Part shown: positions 27,863-40,282 of the stretch, piece after piece | How the letters are laid out: the number at the start of each line of letters is the position of its first letter | Position numbering within the stretch: position 1 is the stretch's first letter | Assembly: GCF_964355755.1 (NCBI RefSeq) | Contig: NC_092674.1 | Span: 620,001-684,000 of the forward strand | DNA from: Antedon mediterranea | Taxonomy: Eukaryota > Animalia > Echinodermata | Length of the DNA stretch: 64,000 nucleotides | Direction: 5' to 3' | Program-made: the position numbers and the translations under genes | The notes under the pieces: generated by a model | The model's database searches: none | Told to the model about the DNA's origin: nothing | The model's input: the letters and a program-made list of their open reading frames with translations, nothing else

Positions 27863-28246
27863 TTATTATTATTATTATATTATTATTACTTGTATAGCGC
27901 ACATTATACAACATTTAATTATAATCAGCGGCGCTTCACATCAATTAGTATCGTAATATATGTTTGAAATATAGTGCTTTTAAATGTTTTTTAAACTGAT
28001 TATAGTCGTCTAAGTGTTTAATGTGACTTGGTAATCTGTTCCAAATTTTGGGTCCTGCTACGGCAAACGAACGGTCAGCAACAAATGTCTTTCGTTTAGT
28101 TCGTGGGATTGTCAGGTTAACATTACTGGTGCTTGAACGAGTACTGCGAGAAACATTCCGCACAGTAAGAATATCTCTCAGGTAACTTGGAGCGGAACCT
28201 TTAAGCGAACGACATACAAGACACGCTATTTTGAATTGACATCTAT
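27863..28246 (-). mobile_element. 5'-truncated L2/Crack-type LINE (ORF2 C-terminus and 3' tail)
   Basis: FKIACLV..APSYL..RSTRS..IPRT..DRSFAVAGPKIWNRLP..IK..FKKHLK is the typical L2/CR1-clade ORF2 end. It is followed by a GCGC..GCGCTATACAAG stem and a (TAA)n tail. Confidence 0.85.
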
Positions 28247-30381
28247 TGTGTTGTTGTTGTATCATGATTGTTTTTGGAGCTTGTGTTTTACCTAGCATGG
28301 TTACTTACACAATAAAAGAACACCTTTTTTTTTAAATTTAATTCTTGATGGCCCGAATTATTGTTATATGTCTTGATTCATAAACTCAGACATTGTATTG
28401 CTTTATTTCATTTCATTATCAGTATACATGATGATATTTATGGAGAACTGTTTTGAAATTACTTACTAGGCTAATCGTTGAAAAGTGTAAATTGTTTTAA
28501 AAGGTAAATGATGGGGAAAATGGGAAACAACAAAAAGCTAATAGGGTGGTGATGTACATCATTTGATATCGTTTGTTAACCAGTAAACCATTTTAAAGCA
28601 TGAACACATCTGGACCTAAAACTGTTGAAAAATAAATTTAATTAAAATACTGATGAATCTGAAATGTTTTAATGTGAGTATATATAAAAAAGAACATATG
28701 AAACATAATCCACAAGTAGGCATAATCCTCTTCAACTCAACTTAATTTAAGTAAAAATGGTTTTTATGTCGACATTATAATGAACGAAAGAGTTGCAGCA
28801 ATGTTCTTAAATGTTACTAATAACGTTATATTATCAGAATAGCTGCATTTTGGTGTTAAGTGTCAAAAACGTCACTGTTTTACGCCATAAATTATTATAT
28901 TCTAAGAGGTGTAAATGTTCCAACAATTATTTGCACGACTATAAAATAATTTTATATCTGTCATCAGAGTATTAAAGAAAACTATACAACCTCTCAAAGT
29001 ACAATTATTACGTCATCAAAATGTGATCAGTATCGTTAACGTACGTAACTGCAAAAGGAGGATTTACGAGTGCTATTCCCAAGGCGACCGGGTGTGAACT
29101 GTTGTGATGATAAAAGGATGGTGTCACACGACTTAAATTATCAGAACAAACATATTTGAAGACGATAAATCTAAAAAGCTGAATAAAATTTCAAGCAATG
29201 TTTAAAAAAAACACAAAAGATAAACCTTACATAGCTGTACAAACAAAACAAAAACATATAATTCTTTTCTATTTCAACTAAGAATTACGGAAGCTAAAAA
29301 AAGCCGCTCGACTTTTTGACATAACAGATTTTTTAATTATTAATATAGCTTCCAAATGCCTCTGTTCCCTTGAATATAATTGCCTAAAGGCCCGGCGCGG
29401 GAAAAAAGGTACTATAAGTACATATGTTGACATTCTAATGTGTTATAATAATAATGTTAATCGGTAAAGTACAGAACAATTAATATCTTGCATTACCTTT
29501 ATAAAATCAATAAAAGGAATATATAATGAAAGACAATTAGTCTGGTGCCACAATGTGCGTCCACTTTATATTATGTATGGATGTAAGATAATGTATAGTT
29601 ATGCATATTCATTCATTGCATTACTTATGTTGTTTAACTGGTAGAAAATGATGAAGATGAAATAGTTTGATTGCATCTTCAATTACTCATTAATTATTGA
29701 ATAGGTGATACTTACGACAGGATTCAATGGGTGACCTTTTTCATTGGTTAATTCGGAGTGTCAAAGTTCAAACATGCACGTTATTTTTTTTCTTTATCAT
29801 TTGTTCGTTCATTCATAATTATTTTGGTTCGTTAACCATTCATCCATCTAATCTGACAAATCACTGATATCAGATCGATCAACTTCATCTATTCTCCTTC
29901 GTTCACATTGAAAATAATTTTTATCACACATTTTTTTTAATGTGATTTTTTTATCCATAAAATTACTCTCCTTAATTCAATCTCTATCCTTTACTTGTAC
30001 TTTGGTAATCGCTTTATAACTTTACAATTCTCTAACCATTACAGTAATTTTATATTTAAATGTATTTATTCAAATCAAATAATGTTGTTTACGCTGCTGA
30101 ATGGAAATTAAGTGTTATACAATACATCAGTTGTGGGCATCTTAATGCCCGCCGCATCCCTCCAGGGAAGCGTCATAATCGTGCATTAAACAGGTTCTTC
30201 AAAACCGACACAATTAAATTCCTTTGTCGTGTCTCGCAAGAAACATAAAATTACATCGTTTAGTACCATGCCCGGGCCATAGCATACTTTAGAATTACAT
30301 TTAGAACAAACAGACACTAGTTTGATACATTATTTTAGATTGTGTTAACCATTCTAATATTGAAATGTCTATCTCCGGCCC

Positions 30382-31305
30382 GCGATTTTTTTTTTCGTAC
30401 ATAAGTTGGGGACCCCTCATGAAACGTCACAAAATAAACATGAATAATTCATCAGTTAAATTTGTTGTTCCGTGTGCACCCAAGCGTATAGCAACAAGAA
30501 GTGATTACACAACTGCGATACCAGATACGATACTTTCTACACAGTAGGCCTAGTATTCTAAGTCAATTCACGCGATTGCCTTCGCGCACTCTTCTCACAC
30601 ACACCACTATGCAAAATGTGTCGAGTCGAGGCTAATCGACAGCTAGGCAAGACATTAAACTAAGTAGTAATTCATTGGACATAGCCCAAAGAAAGCTTAG
30701 ACCCACAAGAATATAGAATGTGTATAATTTGTTTACTGTATTTTTTTAATTCTGCTATTTTATTATCAAACATTATACATGTACTCAAAGGAACTTTAAA
30801 AATGCGCGTATATGAACACATGAGATGGGAAGATTAGACCCACGAGAATAAAACATTTATTTTTGTGTAATGTTTATTGTTTAATTTTGCTGACTTATTT
30901 TACTCGGATTGTTTCATACCTAACACACACACGTCACACACACCCACACAGCTACTACACTAGAATAGACATGGGTTTAGAGACTAATAATTAGGCCTAA
31001 TAGTATTAATAGATACTATAATGTTAACACGTAATTCTTTAGTAATAAATTATATTAAAAACACCATAAACTAAATGCTGATTATTTCGACAATCCACAC
31101 AAAACGCCGCTTTTCTTCTATGAAATCGCACGCCGCAACAACAGCGGAGATAGGCCTAGAATCGTACCGCACTTGTGTAATCACTTCTTGTTGCTATACG
31201 CTTGGGTGCACACGGAACAAGAAAATTGAACTGATGAATTATTCATATTTATTTTGTGACGTTTCATGAGGGGGTCCCCAACTTATGTACGAAAAAAAAA
31301 ATCGC
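30382..31305. mobile_element. Non-autonomous MULE-like element, 924 bp
   Basis: About 140-bp TIRs starting GCGATTTTTTTTTCGTACATAAGTTGGGGACCCC. Exact 9-bp TSD CTCCGGCCC at 30373-30381 and 31306-31314. Confidence 0.85.
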
Positions 31306-31361
31306 CTCCGGCCCATGATGGTGGTATAATATTTGAACTAAGCAATTATTAATTGGTGTTT

Positions 31362-31555
31362 TCGCGCCCACACCTGCGTATTCAGTCATACGCCCGCGTA
31401 TCTCCGTCTCACGCCCGCGTATTCTTGTCGTACGCCTGCGTATTCCCGCCGTACGCCCGCGTATCATTGTCGTACGTCCACGTCGTATACCCGTAGTACG
31501 GACGGAAGCTCGTGTACCTCCATCGTACGCCCTGCCATGTACCCCATCGTATGCA
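31362..31555. repeat. Degenerate 21-bp GC-rich minisatellite (CGTACGCCCGCGTATT...)
   Basis: Recurring ACGCCCGCGTAT core every 21 bp; source of ORF 31264..31608. Confidence 0.75.
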
Positions 31556-31796
31556 ACATTTTGGAAAATAGTAATTTCATTGCTGCTTCTAGAACTATGA
31601 GTTATCAAGCATGTCCTATGTGGTTATTCGCAAAATATTAATAACTATAAATGTTTTCCATCCTAAAGTGTTCAGGTGTTATCAGTTGATTAACCTATTG
31701 TTAACAATCGAACATAATCTGTGTGAATTTTCATTAATCTAAAATAAACTCTATGAACTTTTACAGTTCCTGCAGTTGTTGTCATAACCGACATTT

Positions 31797-32866
31797 GGGT
31801 GTCACGAAAGCTCAGACCACGAAAGCTCAGACCCCCTAAGACCTAAGATCACGAAAGCTAAGACCCAACACCTAAGATTACAAATACTAAGATATACTAC
31901 AGCTTAAAAACAATACTTGTTTATCCATATATAATTTTAAACACAGTAGGTTTCATTTATTACCATAAATATAATTTAATACTACCGCAAAACATAGATA
32001 AACAAACATTATTTTCGCCCGTTGAGTAAATGTATATTTTTTCTTTACAACAAACAAACTTGACGGGTTGTTTGTTGGTATATATTTACTCCATTGTGTT
32101 GCTTCAGGGGATGTTTTTCTTACGCACCTGCCTTTCTTGTATTTTGACTCCAAATTTGTTGACTAACTTTATCCTGAACACCACACTTTAAAATTAGGAC
32201 TTATAAGTACTTTCAGAAGGAGAAACACATAACAAATAAATAAATCCTTTAAATTGATGATTTTACAGGCGTGTTTCTTTGTATACTGTAATGTAACTTC
32301 TCGAGCTCCCCGCTCAATGTTTTTGTTTCTATGGAGCGCCAAAAGAGCAACAATAATAGTACAAGTATAACAACAGAAAGAAAACGAAACAAAAAAACTT
32401 TTAAGTTAAAATTTATTTGCCAGTATTTATTTCTTCGTACTTGCATGATTATACTATTATCATTACAATTTTAATTTTACATTGTTCCATCCACACTGTA
32501 GATGGACTCCACAGAGTTTTCAGCCCTCTATATAATTTTTGCTCTTTTGACGTTCCATAGAAACAAAAACATTGAACATGGCCCATGGCAGGGTAGGCCT
32601 ACTGTACTGCGTAGGCTAGTCATTTTGTGTGCGAGAAAAACGTCTGTAAAATCATCAATTTAAAAATGTATTTGTTACTTTTTATGTGATTCTTTTTCAT
32701 GAAAGTGCCAATTCTAAGGTGTGGTATTCAGAATAAATGTTGGGAGTTAAAATACAAGGCAGGTGCGAAAGATAAATATTTGTAATCTTAGGTGTTGGGT
32801 CTTAGCTTTCGTGATCTTAGGTCTTAGGGGGTCTGAGCTTTCGTGGTCTGAGCTTTCGTGACACCC
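31797..32866. mobile_element. Non-autonomous MULE-like element, 1070 bp, apparently young
   Basis: Near-perfect about 90-bp TIRs GGGTGTCACGAAAGCTCAGACC... Exact 9-bp TSD CCGACATTT at 31788-31796 and 32867-32875. Carries the same internal palindrome as 2135-2950. Confidence 0.9.
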
Positions 32867-33004
32867 CCGACATTTCGTATATTCATTAGAACATTCTAGG
32901 CCTAATTAAAGTAATATCGGGATCAAAATTTAAAATATATTTTCCATAATGTTCTAACCATTTTTGTTGAATATGTAATTTTAATGTTACTTTAATAGTT
33001 TTTC

Positions 33005-33124
<120 letters not shown>

Positions 33125-36100
33125 TTCCAATTAAGTTTGATTTCTTTTTCTCTTTATTTTCCATGTTTTTTGGGAAGAATACATCTTTATTTAAGGCTGG
33201 TGGACCGACTTTTAGCAGAAGTGTAGCTGAATGAATATGTTTAACTTGAAAACACACATGCGTTGCTCTCCACTAAGGTTTCACTAGTTTTATATTTTGA
33301 ATTAAAGCTATTAAATAAAAGAATAATGTTTTCAAGACGTATTGTTTGGCATATTTCGTCTGCATCGGATGTACACGTCTTGAACAAACCTGATTGACAT
33401 ACTCTTACTTTACAGTAAGACGTAATCTATAGCCAATGCTTATCATGTATCGTAGATTATATCTGACCAACAAATTTTATAGATTTGATGAATAGGCTAT
33501 CCATTAGCCGTCCACTTATCCCCACTTAAAAGTACCGTGATCAAAAATAAATTTACTTTGACGGTGCGATGGTTAATTTAACTAAATGCTCCATTAACCA
33601 GCGCGGGCCTATCGTTATTTGTTTCACTAATTTCCCTAATTTTTCATGTCATGTTTATAGGTTACAATTATTACTTCTAAAAAACACGTATTGATGCAAA
33701 AGTATGAGTACGCGATTGGTGGATCTCTTAGCAACCTATAACTTATTGACATACGACGCAGTTTGATTGCTAGAACATCCCATTCATGATTAGATTTTGT
33801 TTCGTGTTAATTGCCGTTTGATCGATGCTGATCAGCACTGCGATATGCGTCGGCGAATCTTTGTTAGTGACGACATTCGAACAGCTCAATCAACTGTACA
33901 TAGTATTTAGTTTACACTGTTTGCTATCTAGAACATTGTTTTCCAATACTGTTTTTCTCTGTGTGAATATAGGGCGAAAACTTAACGGTAGTTTCACACA
34001 AGAGCAATTTCGATACACATTCAATACATATTTGTATTCATAATATCACCTCACAAACTACAATTTATATATCCGCCGACTGCTAGATACACCCTTTAAT
34101 AAATAACCTCAGAGATCGTTAACAATTATATTGATGAAAGCTAAAAGGTTTTAAGTCACGAGGTACTTTAGTTAACTACGTATAGTTTATCTTTACTATT
34201 CGACTCAATTTCTATTTAGGCCTTGTACTATCTTTACGTAAAAGCTCGGGTTCTTTCATGGTATAACGGCATAGGTAAAGAAATCTTAATTATGTTAAGA
34301 ATCTTTCCAAAAACAAATATTGAGACCTACTTACACAAAGATCACTTTAGGCTATAAATTGTAAAATAAAACATTCCAGATTTCACATTTATCTCAATGG
34401 CTGACCCACCCTTTAGTGCCGTCAGAAAATGACTGAAATCATAACAAATGTGTTAACAGCCGATAAAACTATGTTTTTAAATATGACATATTGCCTCATA
34501 TGCTTTCAATCAGCCATAACTTTTTATTTATTTCTGTCATAAAATCTCGTAAAACCCATCTCTTTTCCCCAAAAGCAACTTACTCGAAATCATACTCATT
34601 ATCAATATCCTAAAGAGACGACTGCGATGGATAAAGTAGACACAGTTGAAGAAAATCATTAAAGTAGTAATAGGCCCTATTTTATTGTTCATATTATCAT
34701 GGTATGCTATAATCGGTACTGAATTCTGGATAACCAATATTAATAAGTATAATGATTATCATCAATTTATAAAACGCTAAGGGCTATAGTAAAGCTGTTA
34801 TAGAAAATAAGAATTCGTATTTGTCTTTTACTTGTTAAACAAAACCTGAATCGTTAAAAAATCGAATAAAACATTTTAAGGGAGCTAAATAACACTAGGT
34901 TTGCTAAAACTCGATATATGTACATCATCATTACTTTCATTCCCTTTCCATAACATCACAATTTTCCACATTATTTCCGTTTCTCTCTCCCAAATTTTTG
35001 CAATATTCGTGATCATCTTCTACAAAAATAAACAAATAAATGTCATGCAATTTGGCCCACTGAGTCACCATTTAGTACGTTCTGAAAGAATCAGAAAATA
35101 TAATAAATCATTGAAATAAAATTAATCATATTTTCCTATATCGATTTTCTGTAACGTTTAATTTTACTGTTTAGGCTATCTTAAATTGTTCAATTCAAAG
35201 CTCAATCCATTTGAAATGACGTCATAAATTGGTAATCCGGAATAGATAGGGCATATTTATGTCAAAATTCTCTGAAGAAACACCTACAGTACTATGTAAT
35301 ATCATGACGTCAAAACTCATTTAAAAGATTACATTAATTTAAACGAAATGAACTATAGTCAAATAAAAAACAAAATTGGCTTGATGAATATATTACCGTA
35401 ATCCTTTCTAAATTTGTATTTATAATTCGGAATATGCTTATCAGCAATCATAATTTTAACTTTTCTGGAATTTCGCAAGGAAAAAACAAAAGTCGACGCG
35501 GGCGTACAAACATTGATAGGCTACATTCTGTATATGCGCGCGTTTGAACGTTTTAACAGTTATATAACTGTAAGTGGTCTTATCGATGTTACAATACATA
35601 CTAGGTCAACTATGAGTGCAAACTCAGACTTTTCAGTAAAAAAAAATTAATTTGAGAAATACCGAGCATGATGAATCACCGTACTCACACAAATTGAATT
35701 TATCAAACCAGGCATAAGTTCAATCGCAAATGAATTACAGTATAATAAGTACTATTAAGTAGAGATTGATAAAGTACGTATCGATGTGTTATGATGTAAC
35801 ACATATAAGAATTCGAAATAAATAAACCATTTACTTCGAAGGAGAAAATGATAAATCATTACTTGTACATAGTTTAACGTTTAAATGTAACCTAGGGCAG
35901 AGTGTATTCATGTTTTGATAAATAAGGGGAAACGTCTATCGATTGACATTATAATATAAAAATACGACGGCTAGGTGTTTGAATGTCTGGCGATGTCTAG
36001 TTCCGGTACAAGCGTTACGAATAACAGTAGCAACGCCGACGGGCAGGAAATAAACGTAACATTTCTCAACATTTAACACGTCAAACGGGTCAAGCTAGTT

Positions 36101-39100
36101 TCAAGTTGTTATTGAAACAATTTGTAGAAGATAATTATACCACACAACAAAAATATTAAAACATAACCAAAACATTTAGAAGGTACAACAAAATAATCAA
36201 ATTATTTAGCTCACTATAATAATTATAAATAATATAATGATAACTAAATACACTTATTGATATGCTTACTTATAAGTTTCATCTTGAATCATCAAGCTAC
36301 AGTAGTCTAAACTTATTTGACTTATCATGAAAAGACAAAACGCCAAACTAAACCATGTTTGAAAGAAGAGAGAAGTTGGGTAACATAACTGTTGGAGATG
36401 AGACATGAAAATATCGGCGGATTGAAACAAGACTGACAATTACGATGTCTTTGACTAATTGCTGAGAAATGAAAGAAAATAAATCTTGGAAACATCCAAG
36501 AATGAATCAAGCAAGCCAACGGAGTAAACTTTGATGCAAATAAACCGCCTACTCTGTGTGTAAATTCTACTCAAATGCGCAGAATCCACTTAGCCCTAAA
36601 CGTAAAATTTAAACTATACAACTTTTATTGCAGATCGTCGTTTTGTTTTAAATAAATGCATGACGTGGATCAGGAACACGATATCTTATTAAAAAGGCCA
36701 TTTAAAAAAAGACACACTTTCTAATTATCTTCAATCTTGAAATAGATTTTGTTTTACATTTGATCAATTATTATTGGATCCTTAAAAGCCTCTATCCACT
36801 TGAGATATCATAAACCAGATTGATTGCTCCCGTTATGTTAGGCTATCTATTCTGCATAAATTGACATTATTCAATTACGCACGCGCGGGCGCATTTGGTG
36901 TACACAGTAAAGCGTACAAAACAGTCACGCCACAATAACGTACACGCGAGTACAAACGTTGATACATTTTTGTACACGATTTTGTCTCTTCGCGGTGTCA
37001 ATATATAATATAATGCAGTAATCACATTCAAAACTAAAGAAACCAAGTAATTTATTCGATTACATTACATTCTACGGTATTTAATAAATGAATATTACAA
37101 TATTGAATTTATTCATCATGAAAAGCGGTCAATCACATTGAAATACGGAAATTTAACTTAAACAACTGTCGAAAAAAAGTATCTAAACAAGATAGATTTG
37201 ATTCGACCTACAGAATTATTTTATCTTCTATTTTTCATGATACATCAATTTCAACATATATTTGACAAATACTTTCGATTGTCTGATTATGTGATCGTTA
37301 TTTTGTTATGTTATCAATGCATCTTCTTTATATTTACCCGAGGCTATAACAGTGTGGGTTTCAATTATGATAGTTTGTACAATTGAATACATAAAGGATA
37401 CTCACAAATTACGTCTGTCGTCAACCGGTAAGGGAAGGTTATGTATTGCAACTTCCGAACGCTTTTCTACGTGCCAATTATCCATCTATTACGTTTTATT
37501 ATCTTCAACGTTTTTACAAGGTTTATCAAGTTAACACCTAAAGGTATTATAAAACATAAAATAGGAAAAAGAAAATAAACCACCGGGGCATTTAGAAAAA
37601 TTCTATTATCAAGTATTTATAATTTTCATCCTACGCTACATGTATTTCAAGCACCTTTTTTATTTTCCTGATTAAACCTTATATCTATAATATAGATATA
37701 ATTGTATATACGTGTTTTTGCTATAAATGCTTATTATATTGGTCAATATGTTTGATGCAAATGTAATACTAATTTAATAGAATTGAACCATTTAAGATTA
37801 TAATGAGAAATATAGGGTGATTATTATCTCATACTTGTTATGCACATTTTGGTGCCCTTTCTTTTTACGACGCGCCACGCGATTACGCAGCTATTGCATC
37901 CTCGCATTTCATTAAGAGGATACGCAGATGATGTTCGACTCGATAGCCGCGTAGTCTAGTGGTTCGTCGTGAAAACGTCGAAAGGTCATTACAACGCAAC
38001 TTTATATCATTATCCATTGGAAATATCTTTTCAAAAACAAAAAACGATATGAAATCAACAAGTTTAGCCAATAACATACGGTTTCTTTCAATGATTAAAG
38101 TTAATTACCAAAGTGGTTTTTTTTAAAGTTACGATATTTTATGCTTCGAATGTGACGTTTCATTATTTTCGTTCTGGAAATGATAAGTACTTGGATCTTG
38201 CAATATTGCAGAATTTATCTAAATACATTAACGTGATAGAAATATATAATTGTTCGGGAAAACAAACTTTAAACGAGAGGACACGTGTTAGAATAGTGTT
38301 AGAATACAAAAAAACCAGTCACTTGTCGCAATTCTTGAAAGGAATACTGTTCTTTTCTTTATTTAAAGTAGTTAATTACTAGAAACATTCTTCTTGCTAC
38401 TAACTAAATATTGTGTATTCTATTATTGTTTAGCAAAGAATTAAATTAATCGGGACAATGGACTGTTGCTTCAATAAAATAAATCATTCAAATGGGAACA
38501 GAGTGAAATCAGATTGGTCAATTAACATCTCCTCAGAGTGAGAGCACTGTACTTTGTAATTGTGGTCATCAAAAGACCTGCTTTCATGCAAATCATACAG
38601 CTTGTTGGCTGCTCATAGTTTGCTATTCTATTTTGTGGCTTCCCCGTGTAGGCCTACATATTTTATTTGGAAAAAACTACAAACATTCAAGTAAATTACG
38701 AAATCAGCAATATTTTAATAATGTAAACATTTTACTGCATTAATATTATAGATTATTATTCTAAAGGGTACTGTATTCTACGACAAGTGATTTCACTTGT
38801 CCCTGCCACGTGACTTGAAGCTGAAGACATATAAATCTCTTCAAATTGAGTAGGCTTTGTGACCAATAGGAATGGTAATCCGTTGTCTTCTGTTAAATTG
38901 GCTAATTCAATTTCTTGGTTTGTTAACCGAGTTATTCCCAAAACGGCAATATCTTTAATTAGACTCACTTACAGCCGTCTTCTCCTGCTGACAAAACAAT
39001 GTTACTAAATAACTACTGTGAATACAAAATGAGGTTCCAAGAATTTGATTCCAAATTATTTATTTCTTCTTGTATAATGTATAAACATACATAATTAGGA

Positions 39101-40171
39101 ATCATTCAAGAAATATTGAAGCTACTTTCAAGACGGACTGACTAATCTATGTCAGTAGCCACAAAAGTGTTATTGTAAGTAGTGTCATGTAAACTAGATC
39201 TATCGGCGATGAAAGCAATCAAAAGTTGTTGTTTTTGTGAAAAACTTATCTTTTCTTAAAATCGTAATAAATCAACAGAAATATTCTGCATCAACCGTTC
39301 GCATCTTCTTTCCCATGAAAGTAATTTTCCCCGATTTTTTAACTTTATTTCTAAACGTTAGTTGTCTAAAAATCAAAAGAAAGGCTGTCGGTGATGTAAC
39401 CATCCTCTCCTTACACCAATTAAACTTCAGTTTAAAAGTCTCTATTATTCAACCACTGAACAGCCCAAAGCAAAAACAACAACAGTGATACATAAACACA
39501 ATAACATAAAACCATGGAGAATATTGCATGATTATAACTGTGATGGCTTCTATTGCCATATATAAATATGACTTATTTACGCACAAACTAAACAAGATAC
39601 AATATAAGTTCAATTTCTATCTTTTTTCTTTATTCAATATCCATCTTCCCACACGTTTCCCACCCCATAATAGTCTTGCTATGAACCTTCTGTCGTTTGC
39701 CCAATTTATAATTGCAGCACTACAATCATTTTCAATCAATTCAGATAATAATGCACATGAGAAATGTAGTATCATCCTCAAGTTTAATTAGAAATTGGGG
39801 AAATTCGGATTAAGGAACAAACGCCAACAGCAGGAGGACACAATCTTTTCGAATAGTGTACCTTTAACGTGCACTGAGAATAGAAATGCATTGATATCGT
39901 TGACTAGTTTTTCCATTCTTGTCGAGTTCGCTCCCTGTTACTAATTATTCCTTTAAATGGCTATAAATCAATATATTCATCTTTAGTAATTGACCAAATA
40001 TCACATATTCACATAAAAAAAAATCTTAATCGCACTCATTAGCACGATTAAGCCCATCAACGTCTCCTAAAACATCTCAAAAGGTATATATAAAACGATA
40101 AAAGTGAAAAACATGATTTTGTTATGTTTATTAGGTAAATTAAGCTAAATACTAAACTCCAAAATTTAAAA

Positions 40172-40282
40172 AAACAAGGCCATATACATGGCTGCAGTCA
40201 CGTGCGCAAATTTGAGTTAGTGTTTACCGACCGACCAACCGACATAGTGAACTATAGAGTCGCATTTGCATGAGACTAAAAA
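40172..40282 (-). mobile_element. Minimal Helentron/DINE-1-like element (HINE)
   Basis: AAAACAAG end with hairpin GCCAT-ATAC-ATGGC, imperfect subTIRs AGTCACGTGC / GCATGAGACT, (CCGA)n microsatellite, and A-run at the other end. Confidence 0.55.

Noticed and set aside
34537-34737. ORF ending SSKLLLGKRDG, resembling LMLGKRD, as a second neuropeptide gene
   Set aside because: Single occurrence, no N-terminal cleavage site or signal peptide, and the GKR lies past a strong donor site. Most likely chance.
37945-37970. tRNA A-box-like GCCGCGTAGTCTAGTGGTT
   Set aside because: No B box or cloverleaf follows.
38756-38968. 70-aa ORF with protein-like composition
   Set aside because: GTG start overlapping a donor-like site, no acceptor, and no recognisable homology.
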